Below, piece by piece: positions 26,311-39,747 of a stretch of DNA of 64,000 nt. Below the pieces are notes generated by a model. It did not search any database and was not told the DNA's origin. It saw only the letters and a list, made by a program, of their open reading frames with translations. Made by a program: the position numbers and the translations under genes. The stretch comes from Hemiscyllium ocellatum (lineage: Eukaryota), in assembly GCF_020745735.1 (NCBI RefSeq), contig NC_083432.1, positions 41,750,533-41,814,532 on the forward strand. Reading direction: 5' to 3'. Numbering within the stretch: the first letter of the stretch is position 1; every line of letters begins with the position of its first letter.

Positions 26311-29300
26311 CAAACATAGGACAGTCCTGGAGGAGTTGGTGACATAGCCAGAAGCCAAGAATTACTCAAGTCACTTAGGTTGTGGCTTTTGAATATAGCT
26401 AAGGTCTCTTGACTTATCCAATTTGATTTGGTATCAATCAGACATTATTCAACACAGCCATGGGAAGAACCATTATTCCAGGATTTACTTTCAGGTATTT
26501 AATTTGATACAGGTATGTTTTCTGAGAATTGACTTTGGTGCGTGCTGCATGATGTTGGACCCCAGCACCTTTGGGGCAGCATCAAATAAGGATGAAAACT
26601 CAGAAACTGAAAGTTTTGCTGAACTCTTTTTGAGGCTGTTATGGGCTAAACACAAAAACTGAGATGTGTGTCCATTAGCACTGAGCACCTTGGTCAATCC
26701 AACTGTTCACACTCATCAGGTCAGTCTACAACTTAATCTGTCTGTGTTAAAATAACTCAGCAGCATCCACACAGTTTTGAATCACTTCTTTGATTATAGT
26801 TTCTCTAAATATTTGAAACTTCCTTCAGGCGATTTAGAAATCTCAAACAACTTCAATGTCAAAATCAGGGAAGCATTGGAAATGTTATCTGAGATGAGAA
26901 AAAAATGAATCTGACCACAAGAAACTATTGAAATACAATATATCCTGCATTGACCTTTTTACGTTTTTTATTTATGCAGATTATCCTCAGTTGGGCCAAT
27001 TCACTTTTGTTAGAAATGTCGAAGTTCCTGTTACGGGTTGGTCATGAATTGCAGATCTGAAGCTGGCTTTAACTGGCTAACACAAACCTTTGCAATGGAT
27101 TCTGTACAACCTTATGACGAAATGATTCTTTCAGAAAAGGTCTTGAAGATTCCACCCAACTTTTTTTTTGACTTTGTACTGCCCTCGTGTGGACAGAGGA
27201 TTTCATAACTCTTCCCCAGCTCACTAGCTGAAATCTATTCAATTAAATGGAAAGAAGAAAAACTATTGATTTCTTTAGGCAAAACGTAAGTCACTGTTTA
27301 GAAGTTACTGTTAGAAGATTCCAGAAGAAGAATGATTAACATTGTGCATTATATAACTTTAGCCTTTGTTAAACTCCTAGGTGCAAACACCGATGAGGAA
27401 AGGGTTTTACCTAAAACTAGGAGTAATTTCTTCCAAGTAAGGGGTCACCCATTTAAGATAGAGATGAGGAGTTTTTTTCTCACACAAAAGGTTGTGAGTC
27501 TTATTTATACTTTTCCTGGAAAGGTGATGGAAGCAGAGTCTTTGAATATTTTTAAACCAGAAATTGATACAATAAGGGGAGTGAATGGTTAGCGGGGTTA
27601 GGTGGCAATATGGAATTGAGATTACAGTCAAACCAGCCGTGACTTAACTGGGCCATGGAGTAGGATTGAGGGGCCAAATAGTCTACTCCTATTTCTTCTT
27701 TATATGTTTTAAATTAATACCACTAACCTTACATTAAGGGCCACAATATTAACCTGTGTTTTTTTATATATAAGTACTATCGAGAGTGCTTCACTAAGAT
27801 ACCTAAAGAATGATGGGAGTCTACTTTGTGACTCAGCAGAGAGAAAGAGCTCCTGAATTCAATCAGGCTCCTAAAGTTAGTTGCCAAGGTGAGACCAGAT
27901 ATTTTCTTAAGAAAGGTAGGGCTTCCTTTAAGATGAACAGTTCAACAGATGCCAGCCTTGGCTCTTGCACTCCTGAGTGAGAAGTTTGTGAATTCTAGCC
28001 CCATTCCAAGACTTGAGCTCAGGCTGACACTTTGGAGCAGTACAGAAATCTCTCGGTATTATCAGGTGTGCTGTCACTCAGATGAGACATTAAGTTGAGG
28101 TCTTGTTCATCCTTTCAAAATAAATCATGGAATCAGTTGAAGGAGATCAAGGCAATTTCCTGGCCAACATTTAACCCTCAACAAACAGTATTAAAACAGT
28201 TTAACTGGTCATATCTATCATTGTTAATTGTGTGACATTGAAATGTGCAAACCATACATTAGTGTTTTCTCATGGAAATTAAATCCTCAATCTCTTCTAG
28301 CACCTTCAAAGTATAATATCCTCCCAAGGCATCTTACATTGATTTATGTTGGCAACAGTGAACTTTGACCCCAAAAGGCAGACAATAAACTAGGTGATTG
28401 TTTCTGGGGAGTGTTTCAAAGGAGAAGAGAAAGATAGGGAGGTAATGGTATTTAAGGAGGGACTTATGGGCTATGGGGTCTAGATGACTGAAGGCATGGC
28501 CTCCATCAGTGCATTAAACAGGCAAATATAGGAAGTGATTACCAAGGCATAGTTACTGGCAGCAATGCTGCTTTAAGAATCATTAACATCATTTTCATTT
28601 TACTGTGGGTGCAGGGTATATTGTTTTTAAGAAAACACAGATGGTAGACTGTAGAAGGTTGTAATTTAATGTGGGTTGAGGCAGCATCTATAAACTACTT
28701 TAAAACTGCCATCATGGTTTCTGATGCCATCAGAAGCCTTACAGTAAATTACAGCCTTTCCACTCATTTTCAACCCTGCTTAATTCTATATTTAACCTTC
28801 TGAAAATACTAGTATGATAAAGAAAGTATTCATCACTCTCTGGTAGAAATCACAAACAAAACCAACTGGGAAATGCTAAATTGAAATTATGAAAATGGAA
28901 TAAAACTCTGAGGGAAGAGTATAGGTCAAGAGTTGGTGCCTGTGAATCAGACTCCTGATCTCAGACTGGACAAAGAGGAGCCAATGGGAGACCAACAATT
29001 TGCATTTATATAGTTTAGTGTAACTTCCCAAAGCATTTCACGGAGACCTGATTAAACACAAACATAAAAATGCAACCATGGGGAACACATTAGCACAGGT
29101 GATCAAACGTTTGGCCAAAGAGGTACGTTTAAGAAGGATCTAGAAAGAAGAGAGACAGGCAGAGAGGTGAAATGTTTTCACTACATCAAAGCTGTAGAGA
29201 AGGCTGTGGAGCAGATTTGGGAAAATACTGAGTTATTTAGGGTTGTGGAGTTGAAGGAGGCAACTGAGGTAGGTGGAGGGGTAAGATCATGAACAATAGT

Positions 29301-31004
29301 ATGGAAATTTAAGTATCAAAGCTATCAGGGATGGGAGATGAATGCGGTTTGATATTATATAGAATAGAGCCAGCAGTGTTTTAATGAGCTTAAGTTTATT
29401 CAGAGAAGATGTCATAGGGATTTCCTTTGTTTGTGAAGGAGCAGGAAACAGAGTAGTCAAACTCACTGAATCACTGAGCTGCTTACTGACTGAGAGTGTT
29501 TTAATATAATGGGGAAGAGCTGTCACAGTTTGCGAAGTCAGAATCAAATGAGATGTAGAATTGACAATTTATGGCTTAAGCGCTAATGTTTGCTTTGAAA
29601 CCCTAGCCTCAACAAATGATGCCACCAGTGAATGAAACCTAATAGAAATAGCAAACATGCTTTGATTTCTTTTGCTTGCTGTTTCATTTATGTCTGAGAT
29701 TTTTGAATAAAACCTGACTGACCAGCCCAAAACCAAACTTAAGGCAAATTAAGAAAGAGGAATTTACAATGAATAGATTGCCTAAAAGATTAAAGCCTTG
29801 AAATGGCAGTGTGTGAATTATTGCATTTATATGAAATTCCTGTGTGAAAAGAAATGGGTAAATCCTTTGTTGCAATAATGGATAAAACAATGAAGTTTTA
29901 ACAGACGTTTAGCAATGTTGCACAACATTATTTAATCCATAAGTATTATAAACAGCAAAATTTCTACATAAACAGGATCTTCAAGGCTTGTTTTCAACTT
30001 AATTATATTTTAGTGAAAGTTAAACAAAACACTTGCATTAATATGTTGCCTTTTTATAATCATAGGATTGTCTAACATTCTTCTCAGACATATAAATACT
30101 TCTGTAATACAGACAGACTTGTTGTGTAGAAAATGCAGCTATGTTGCACACAGCAAGATCCCACAAGAAGTTGTGTGATAATAACGAAACAATTTGTTTT
30201 TGTGATACTGAATTGAAGATGAATAATGGCAAGGACACCAGAAGTAATTCCTGTGCTTCTCTTTGAAATAATGATTAGGTTAGATTCCCTACATTGTGAA
30301 AACAGGCGCTTCAACCCAACAAGTCCACACCGAACCTCCAAAGAGTAACCCACCCAGACCTATTTCCATGCCATGTAAATTTTCACATCCACCTGAGTGG
30401 TCAGACCAGATATTGGTTAAATAGTTTGTTTGATAGTTTGTACTCAGTGCTGTGCTGGTGTGTCCCTAGAGTGGAACCTGAGCATGTGAATTGTTACTTC
30501 AGAGATGAGACAAAAAACCAAGTGAGCTACGGCTGATGTTAGCATTGCTTATAGTCACTTGAAAGGCACAATCTCTTTAGATCTATGTTTCATTGGACAT
30601 TAGAAGACTTTGTTGCAGCAAACATGATGAATCACAGAACTACAAAATTGTTACAGCACAGAAGGAGGCCATTTGGCCTTTCACATCTGTATGGATTCTC
30701 AAATAAGCAATGCACCTAAAGCTAATCACCTGTTTCCTCCCCATAATCTATAATAGGTCCTGTTCACCAATTCCAGCTGGAATGAGGGATGTTCATACAG
30801 GGCAATGGAACATTTTTCTAACCCACTACCAGCATTAAACACTGTCCTGTCAGGTACCTTTGTACTATTGGCACAATAAATCCCTCTCTCCAACTTCATT
30901 CCAAACCATAAGGTTGCTCCCGACTATGCATGAACCTTTTGAACATTGTAGGTTTGTGAGAAACATGGATGAATTTTTGTTTAGATTTTTGTGCTACAAC
31001 CTGC

Positions 31005-31443
31005 CACTCAGGGAAAGGTTGAATAGGCTAAGGCTGTTTTTCCTGAGCGTCGAAGACTGAAGTTTGACCTTATAGAGGTTTATAAAATCATGAGGGGCAT
31101 GGATAGGATAAATTGATAAAGTCTTTTCCCTGGGGTGGGGGAGTCCAGAATGAGAGGGCAAAGGTTTAGGGTGAGAGGGGAAAGAGATAAAAGAGACCTA
31201 AGGGGCAACCTTTTCATGTAGAGGGTGGTACATGTCTGCAATGAGCTGCCAGATGAAGTGGTGGAGGCTAGTACGATTGCAACATTTAAAAGGCATCTGG
31301 ATAGTTTATGAATAGAAAGGATTTGGAGGGATATGGGCTAGGTACTGGCAGATGGGTCTAGATTGGGTTGGGATATCTGGTTGACATGGATGAGTTGGAC
31401 CAAAGGGTCTGTTTCCGTGTTGTACATCTCTATGACTCTATGA
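31005..31443 (+). mobile_element. CR1/HER1-like LINE 3' fragment
   Basis: RERLNRL.LF...; ends in a ctctatga repeat. Similar fragments at 4490-4925, 23295-23480, 24940-25420, 36525-36700, 46460-46735, 52328-52690 and 53755-54050. Confidence 0.88.
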
Positions 31444-34400
31444 CATTTAAACCAACAATGAGAGAAAAGCTTTCATCCAATCAGCCAGAAATGGTTTTGA
31501 ATCCAAGCTTAGAGATAGATGGAGTAGGTATTAACCTCATACATCAAGAGCAGTAATCCCCTTCCTGAATATTGAGGCCAAATGTATTGTCCCAGATCAT
31601 TTCAGTTTAGATTATGTTAAATTGCCACAGGTCAGGGGTTAAACTTGGAACTTTTTGGTGCTAGAATGTTGCCAAGATTGAAATAATTCAATTATGTGGA
31701 GAGAGACTAGAGAAGTTACAATGGTTCTCTTTGGACCAAAGAAGGCTAAGAAGAGATTTGATTGTGGTTTTCAAAATCTTGAATGCTCTTATTATAGTAA
31801 TTAGGAGAAACCACTTTCTGGTTGCAAAACCAGGGACATAAGGTCAATGAAACCAAAAAAAGTTTGTTTGGACCATTGAGCCAATTCTATAGAGCAATCC
31901 ACTCTGTCCCACCCTACTCTGTCCCATTCAAACTCTGAAACCCCGCAAGTTTATTTTTCTCAAGAGCCCAGCCCCGTTCCTTCATTGTCTTTGTCTTCAA
32001 AATCCTCGTGGGTGTTGAGTTCCACTTCAGGTGATTGCTAAAGAAACCGGGGGTGAAATGAGGAGCTAGTGAGCTGTGATCTGGAATATATTGCTGGAAA
32101 AGTTGGAAACAGGAGATCAAGTGATAAAATCTTCTGGAATACACCAACCAGAATCGCTGACTTGCAAATCAGAAAGGAATTAATGTTGGCACACTCTAAC
32201 CTGTTCAGTTTAAGTTTGTGCTGAGCAGTCAATTTACCATTTAAAAAGCTCCAAACTATATTAAGAATTACTCACTTTCACAGCCACATGTCCTTCCCCA
32301 GTAATCATTTCTGGTTCCAAAATAAATTTTAAAATGCATAAGAAACAGCACCTCATCTTTCAATTAGATGTTTACAGCTTTCCAGACTCAACATTGGATT
32401 CAACAGTTTCAGACCACCATCTTCGCTCCAGTTTGTTTCCTTTGCCTGTTTTGGCATTGTTCTCTTTAAGCAGCAGCACCCTTGCAGGAGACACATCTTT
32501 TGTTTCTCTGTTTCCTTTTTTGCCTGTTGTGGTAGAATTAAAAACAATGTCATCAAACCAGAACATTAAAGGTTAATCATTACGGGTTAATTGGACATGA
32601 CAACAAGCAATTGATAAAGTGGTAAAGTATCGAGAAAACAGGCTGAATGCAAAAACAGCCTGATTGGACCGAGAGGTGACCACTTGACACTGAACTGTCT
32701 GTAAGAACTATCATGTTGGGCTGTCACACAGAACCACCTGGAGATGTTTTTGTGTATAATGGTATGTATTGCAAAGTATTGAAAGTACACAAAATGATAC
32801 AGCATGTAATCTTAGATTCAGAATACTACTAATGTCTGGGGCCTAGCCTCATCCATTGAACTTCATCTCAGGCAGGGCTTGTGATAGTAAGAAGGCAGTG
32901 AGGCTTGCTGCCAACTTAACTTGTGTGTTATTTGCTGTCAGACTTCACCTTTGGACAAGGATCATGAAAGGTGCCAGGAAGCCCAAGTTCTCCATTCTGG
33001 CTGTCATAAAACAGGGTCCTTGACAGATGGAAGGGCGAGAGACCTTTTGTAAATGTACATTTACTGTTTTGTATATTGCTTTACAGATATTTTTACTGCT
33101 TTATATATAAATCACTTAACATATATTTACTGCTTGATATATACATTTACAGCTTAATACAGTATATTTATCACTGCTTTACATATATAAAACCAGTCTT
33201 AAATGTGTTAATTTGGATTACTTAATCCGTAGAGTATTCTGTTACATCTCACCAAATCCATTATTGATTCTTGATATTATCCCATCACCGTGCCCTTTTC
33301 TTCTGCAACACTAATCCTAATTTCATTCAATCATTCCTAACACTCATTTTATCTTAAACCTTCCTTTTGTCCTTGTCCAATCCACTCTTGTACAAATATT
33401 ATGTACATCTCTACCTTTCTCCAGCCCTGATGAAGGGTCAGATGGGTAACAGGTTAACTCTGTTTCCCCCAAAGGTGTTGCCATAATTTGATACAAAATT
33501 TTCTGTACTCTTAGAAGTAAGTTAACAATCTTGTAATCAGTTGGAGTCCCTTTTCTGCTTTTACTATTGTAAGTATGAAAAATCATGTCAAAAGCATCGT
33601 GAAACATTTGAAAACAATTCTTTTATTTTTTTGTCAACTATAAAGACAATGCAAATTAAATAAAACAAACAGCATTAATTTCATATAGTGTATGTAATTC
33701 ACAGCGTAGATTCTTAGTTTTTCTAAGAATATACAGATCATTTTAAGTGGATGGAGGATATGTTATTTTAACATCTGCTTCAATATCTGAAATACACATT
33801 ATGGTTCTAGATAATCACACTCTGTGTACAGGGATTTGTTGGAACAATTTGGATCCTGTTTGGAATTTTCATACAACACAACTACTCAAAATTATGCTTG
33901 AACATAGCCATGGTTCTTATTGAGAAACATTTTAACAGCCTCCCCCCAAGAACACCACTTTTTTCATGATCAGTATCTGGCCTGCTTTTGTGAATAATTA
34001 TATTACAACGTTACTTGAATCAATATCAGGAGATCAAGTTTCCTGATACTACATTGATCAGTTAATTTGTTAGGGGTAACTAGACAAATACAAATGGGAG
34101 AAAACATGGAATGTTAAGTCAATAGGGACAGATGAAGATGAGTAGGGGAGCATAAACATCAGCGTGGATCATTTGAGCCAAACGTCATGTTTGCATGTGG
34201 TACCTTCTTTGAAGTTAAATGTTGGTTGAAATTTTTTTTGTACTCTAACACATCTTACTGTGATCAGTTCCCAATGACATTTATTACAACTCATTAATCA
34301 TGGCTTGCAAGCTATGATATGCATTATAATGCTAATGAAAATTGCTGTACCAGAATATCTACAAAGAGAAGCCCATGCTTCAGGTATCGGTCTTCACTCC

Positions 34401-35164
34401 AACAAAGGGTTAAAAGGAACAAATCACCACAACAATATTTGAAATGTTGACCTATATTTCTCATGATAGATACATATGGATGTAAAGCCATCCATAATGT
34501 ACATTTCCATAATGCCGTGTACATCTTCTACTTCTGGTTTTGTGAGTTTTATTCTTCTTTCATGTATAGATAAGCAATGATAGTTGGGTCAGAAAGAAAT
34601 CTCAAACAACAATGTGAGAACATCTTTACAATGTGCTGCAGTGGTTCAGGAAGAAACTCAACAGCAACTTTTAAAGGTCACTTTAGAATGGACAATATCC
34701 TGATATTATGCTGAACACGGGGCTGGGCCATTAGGAGTATGTGCCAGTAGATAAGAGAGACAGAGACATCAAGAGCTCAGTGAGCTGGAACTAAATATAG
34801 GGAACTGGGACAGGACTAATGAGGGTAGTGCCACCTGCAAGTGAGCTTTCAAGAGTTTTGCTACCAGAAACAAGGAAACAGCTATGAGAACCATGGCTAT
34901 TGCAGGGAAGTCTGTGTTGTCAATGGATGCAATTCAGCTCTACCTTAGGATTTCATTCATTAATAATTTGATATTGCATCAGTAAGAGTGCACTATTCGA
35001 TTATCTCACCCTTGGTAAAGACCAATAGCTTCAACAATCACTATCACAAGTAAATAATGAGATGCCTTCTATAAGTCAAATAATTCAAGGAGTGGCTATA
35101 GTCAATGTGAGATCCTATTTATTCTATGCATTTACATTTCATTATTTTTACTGCAAATATACAA

Positions 35165-35170
35165 TTTATT
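35165..35170 (-). terminator. Candidate SP6 polyadenylation signal AATAAA, giving a ~2 kb AU-rich 3' UTR
   Basis: tttatt on + at the end of a largely unique AT-rich tract (35.2-36.2 kb) downstream of the SP6 stop. Confidence 0.4.
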
Positions 35171-37122
35171 AAATATTTCAGTGCCAATCCACGCAATCTA
35201 ATGACATTTGAATCTGACTGAATGTACCCAGCTGCATGAACTCATACTTTATGAAGGGTGTAATAAGTTTTTTGTTGCTCCCTGTGTGAAATATAGAAAG
35301 CAATATATTAAAATTACATTAATGCCCATAGAATAAAACAGAAAACTAGACAACAGCTGAAATTGTAAAAGTTTTGTGGAAAATAAATGACAAAATTAAA
35401 CACTACCATATCTAATAGCAGTAATGACTTTTTTTTTAAAAAGTTTGTCTAAGACTTGTGATGGTCGTTTTGTTTCATAATCACTTGTGCTCTATGCCAT
35501 TCAATGTTGAAAGGCAACAAACACATGACTTCCCAACCATTACACATTACACATGCAGGATGCTGGTTATTAAAAAAAATGCTACACAGACTAGGGCGAG
35601 ATACTGAAGTGCATCTGATATTGGCAGCTTTCATCCTAATGTAGCCCCATGTCATTGCTAAAATCACTAGCGCATTATTTATCGCCATCCAGACACAAAC
35701 TGGATGATTAGTAATTAAACTATACTTTTAAATAAAACAAAAACAAAACACTCTTTGTCTAACATTGTAAGAACCACAACTTGGTAAGTCTTCAAGATGT
35801 TTGAGATTCTATTTAATATTATGCCATTAAGTTTTACTTTTTTAACAAATATGTGACTGAAACAAATAAACTTTGCAATTTTGGAATGATAGGTTGATTG
35901 TAATGTGAACATTTCTTTCTGTTAAAAAGCGTTTTATGTGGGCTGAGTTTATGGAACAAAGCTCCCTTGAATGTTTACTTTTTCCTTTTTGAGACAATTT
36001 GGTAACACAACTTGTACTTTATGTTGTATATTATCCACATCAAAATATCTCTAAACACTACTCAGCAAATTTCATTTTGAAGTGCAGGAAGTTAATTTTA
36101 ATTCTAAATAAGAACAATGTACTTTTTTTTTAAACCACAAAACTCTTGCTGAGATAGATATCACATCTCCTGCCATGTAGCCTACACTCATGGTCGGTGC
36201 AGTTTTTTTTCAGAAATTACTGGCCTCTGGAAAGGAACCCTCTATGCAATAACTGCTGTAGTTATGACCTCTTATTCTCCCGGTTGTTCAAATAAGAACA
36301 TCTCTGAACAAATTGCTGGCTTAAATGAACATCAGTGGAAAGGAAGATGAAACAGACAGAATGATATTAAAGGAACATTTGCCTTGTAATTAAAACAGAA
36401 ACGAACATGTCCAAGTGGGCTGGTGAAGTCATGGGGAGAGTGCAGGAAGATCCCAGGGCTGGGGAGCTACAGCTATGATAGCAGAAATGAAATATCGTGA
36501 CTATTTCCACTTGAGCAAAAGAGAGTAGAGTCACAGAGATGTACAGCATGGAAACAGATCCTTCGGTCCAACCGTCCATGCTGACCGGATAGCCCAACCG
36601 AATCTAGTCCCACCTGCCAGCACCCAGCCCATATTCCTCCAAACCCTTCCTATTCAACCCATCCAAATGCCTTTAAAATGTTGCAATTGTACCAGACTCC
36701 AGGTTTGTTTTTAATAAGAAAGGAAATTACCAAGTATAAAATGAAAATTACAAATTATCTCGATGGAGTGAATAAGAAAGGACCATTCCCTGTGGTTGGG
36801 GAGATCAGTGAAGTTATAATGAAGAGACCGAGGAGAGACATTCAGCGAGTGGGTGAGACAGAGATTACTGCACAGTTTTGTGAAGGGAGGAAGATATTTC
36901 GGGACCGAGGCTGGGCCCAATTATCCTGTAAGTTTCTTTTCCCCCGAGGAGCAGAAAATTGATCTTCTCCGCCTCTTTTCAAAACAGAAAGTCCCTTTTC
37001 TAATGTAAGAGCATGGGGATCAGTGGAACCTTTTTAGATTTCCTTCAAAACTTCACTCTGGTATTAGATACAGCAGTTCACAAGTGCAACTAATTCACAC
37101 GACATTTCTTTCCCACAAGTCT

Positions 37123-38268
37123 TTAATTTTGCTGTCGCTCAGTTGCCGGGATCCCATCGCCGATCCCCTTGGCCTCACAGTCTCTCTGGATGTCCCCTGG
37201 AGACTGGGACTGAGCCGGCAGCGAGGTACACTTGCTGGCCTCCCCGGCGCCCTCCTTGCCCGGGGGGAGCTGCCCGCTCTCCCCGTGCGTTTTCAAGTGC
37301 TTGGTAAGGTGGTCGGTCCTCATGAAGACCCGGTTGCAGATGGGGCAGAAGAACCTCTTGGAGCCCGTGTGGGTCTGCAGGTGCCTCTGCAGCTCGTCCG
37401 AGCGGGTGAAGCGCTTGCCGCAGAAGAGCCAGTTGCAGACGAACGGGCGGTCTCCGCTGTGCCAGCGCAGGTGCGCCTTCAGGTGGGAGGTTTTCACATA
37501 GGCTTTCCCGCAGCCCGGGATGTGGCAGTTATGCAGCGTCTTCTTCTTGCTGCTCCCGTCCGTGGGGGAGCCCAGCCTCTCCGCCTCCAAGCAGTTCGGG
37601 CAGCGGCAGTTCCCCTGTGCCGAGCTCCGGGACAGCGAGCGCCTGGAACTCTTAGCCCTCCCAGCCCCTTCCAGGCTCTGGTTCAGCAGCAGCGGCTCCT
37701 GGACGGGCTCCGTCTGCTTGTAGCCCTCCTGGTTGATCATGACCGGGCCCGACTGGAGCAGGTGGGTCGGGGGGCCGCAGATTTGATGGTCGGACCCGTA
37801 ACCCCCGAGAGGGGGCTGCAGGGAGCCTGGGTGGGGGGAGTTCGGAAGCGTCGGCTGACTGCTCTGAAAGTCCACCCAGTTGGAGCCGGCGTGTAGATCC
37901 CACCAGGCGGTCGAGAGACCCCCGTCCTCGGCTGCCCCTCCCTGGGGAGGGGGTCGGAACCAAGAATCGTGATAGTGAGCCATGTCGACCCGGGGGTGCA
38001 CGGAGTTTGCGAAATATTCGACCGTGGAGTGGACGTGGGGTTTGTACTGGACGCAATCCTGTGACTTCAAACCCGGGCTGTTGAGCAAGGCATACTTATT
38101 GCCGGCGGAGAAGTTGGAGCTGGCGTTCAAGGAGGGGCTGAAAGCACTGCTGCCGCTCGGGGCGATCCCCAAGTTCTTAGGGAGGGCGGCCGATTTCCAG
38201 GAGCTGAAGCCGGGGCTCAGGGACGACGCGTGTTGTTCTCCGAGGCTACTCCATGTGGCAGCTTGCAT
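37123..38268 (-). CDS. SP6: Transcription factor Sp6 / epiprofin, 381 aa
   Basis: [13 protein letters not shown] start, SWFRP and WWDLH motifs, [10 protein letters not shown], btd box [13 protein letters not shown], three C2H2 fingers with SP6-type HSGDRPF and ELQRHLQTH. Polypyrimidine acceptor ccctttgcag| ends at 38303, so the exon starts at 38302. Adjacent to SCRN2 as in mammals. Confidence 0.96.
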   Translation of the reverse strand: MQAATWSSLGEQHASSLSPGFSSWKSAALPKNLGIAPSGSSAFSPSLNASSNFSAGNKYALLNSPGLKSQDCVQYKPHVHSTVEYFANSVHPRVDMAHYHDSWFRPPPQGGAAEDGGLSTAWWDLHAGSNWVDFQSSQPTLPNSPHPGSLQPPLGGYGSDHQICGPPTHLLQSGPVMINQEGYKQTEPVQEPLLLNQSLEGAGRAKSSRRSLSRSSAQGNCRCPNCLEAERLGSPTDGSSKKKTLHNCHIPGCGKAYVKTSHLKAHLRWHSGDRPFVCNWLFCGKRFTRSDELQRHLQTHTGSKRFFCPICNRVFMRTDHLTKHLKTHGESGQLPPGKEGAGEASKCTSLPAQSQSPGDIQRDCEAKGIGDGIPATERQQN

Positions 38269-38468
38269 TGCCGGGGGAATCTCCAGCAAGAGTGTAGGCC
38301 GACTGCAAAGGGAAAGGAGAGAGTGAGAAGCCGCCCTTTGATAACAAGGGGGTGGGAGAAGGTGACGCGTCCGCCAGATCTCAATGAATGCCCGTTCATG
38401 AACACAACATGTCACTGCACCAACACTCGGTTTATTTCCCCCCCTCTCGTCTGGATCAGTGGTGCTGG

Positions 38469-38738
38469 ATTAGATTACTTACAGTGTGGAAACAGGCCCT
38501 TCGGCCCAACAAGTCCACACCGACCCGCCGAAGCGCAACCCACCCATACCCCTACATTTACCCCTTACCTAAAACTAGGGGCAATTTAGCATGGCCAATT
38601 CACCTGACCCGCACATCTTTGGACTGTGGGAGGAAACCGGAGCACCCGGAGGAAAGACACGGGGAGAACGTGCACACTCCACACAGTTAGTCGCCTGAGT
38701 CGGGAATTGAACCCGGGTCTCAGGCCACCGCGCCGCCC
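38469..38738 (-). mobile_element. HE1-like V-SINE nested in a family B palindromic element
   Basis: Same V-domain and tail. Flanked by inverted ggatcagtggtgctgga / tccagcaccactgatcc. Confidence 0.82.
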
Positions 38739-39562
38739 ACTATTCCTGATGAAGGGCTTTTGCCCGAAATGGCGATTTCACTGCTCGTTGGATGCTGCCT
38801 GAACTGCTGTGCTCTTCCAGCACCACTGATCCAGAATCTGGTTTCCAGCATCTGCAGTCACTGTTTTTACCTTATTCCCCCCGCCCCAGACTTTGACAGC
38901 AAATACACACACCAGTGGCTGTGAGGGGATTGCATTAACCCTGTCCACAAACCGAACCACTGATGCGAATCCCCTCTGAAACCGTAAATGTTTGTCCGCT
39001 GGTGTTCCTCTGTGACCAAACCTGTTGGACTATAACCTGGTGTTGTCTGCTTTTTAATTTTGTACACCCCAGTCCAACACCGGCATCTCCAAATCGCCAA
39101 AAACAGACATTGCCAGAAAAGTTCAGCAGGTCTGGCAGCATTTGTGCAGAGAAACAGAGCGAACGTTTCACGTCCCTTCCTCAAAACTTTAGCTCCGAGC
39201 TCTCTGCACAGACCTGCTGAGCTTTTCCGGCAACTTCTCGGGGTTTTTTTTTGTTTCTGATTTACAACATCCGCAGTTCTTTTCGGTCTTTATTTCTAGG
39301 TGAGCTGGCTCAGTCTCAGACTCTCCAGCGAGGTATGCCAGAGTTACGTCTGTAAGAGAGAAATCCCCGTAACCCCCGGTTCGACAACCCTCACCAACGC
39401 CGCTGCACTTTTCCTGAGTGTGTAATGACTGACTGACGCCCCTTCTCCCCGTTTCTATTCCAAAACCAGCCGTGAAGCGGTGTGGAGATTGGCTTGAAGC
39501 AGCAGTAAGAGGAAACTTAAGTGAGGGCTAAGGAGCTGGGAAACAGTCTCGATTGAGACCGT

Positions 39563-39747
39563 AGTTGAAAATGTGTTGCTGGAAAAGCGCAGCAGGTCAG
39601 GCAGCATCCAAGGAACAGGAAATTCGATGTTTCGGGCATAAGCCCTTCATCCAAGCCCTGCTCCTTGGATGCTGCCTGACCTGCTGCGCTTTTCCAGCAA
39701 CACATTTTTCAGCTCTGATCTCCAGCATCTGCAGTCCTCACTTTCTC
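39563..39747. mobile_element. Palindromic Penelope-like element, family B, with 15-bp TSD
   Basis: Arms gttgctggaaaagcgcagcaggtcaggcagcatccaagga and its reverse complement. ctcgattgagaccgt is duplicated at 39548-39562 and 39748-39762. Confidence 0.75.

Noticed and set aside
32372-32566. Lys/Glu-rich minus-strand ORF after an acceptor-like caacag
   Set aside because: No recognisable homology and no linked exons.
37084-37896. 270-aa plus-strand ORF and other ORFs overlapping SP6
   Set aside because: Antisense shadow of GC-rich zinc-finger coding sequence, with no recognisable domain.
38269-38415. N-terminal 49 aa of the 430-aa ORF
   Set aside because: It runs across a clear splice acceptor at 38303 into intron. 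The likely start is the ATG at 38268.
38746-38775. Hammerhead copies at 38746, 39625-39650, 49815, 49985, 50963, 33428, 57755 and 61143-61212 as active ribozymes
   Set aside because: Each has core or cleavage-site substitutions or deletions, so they are counted only as decayed family members.
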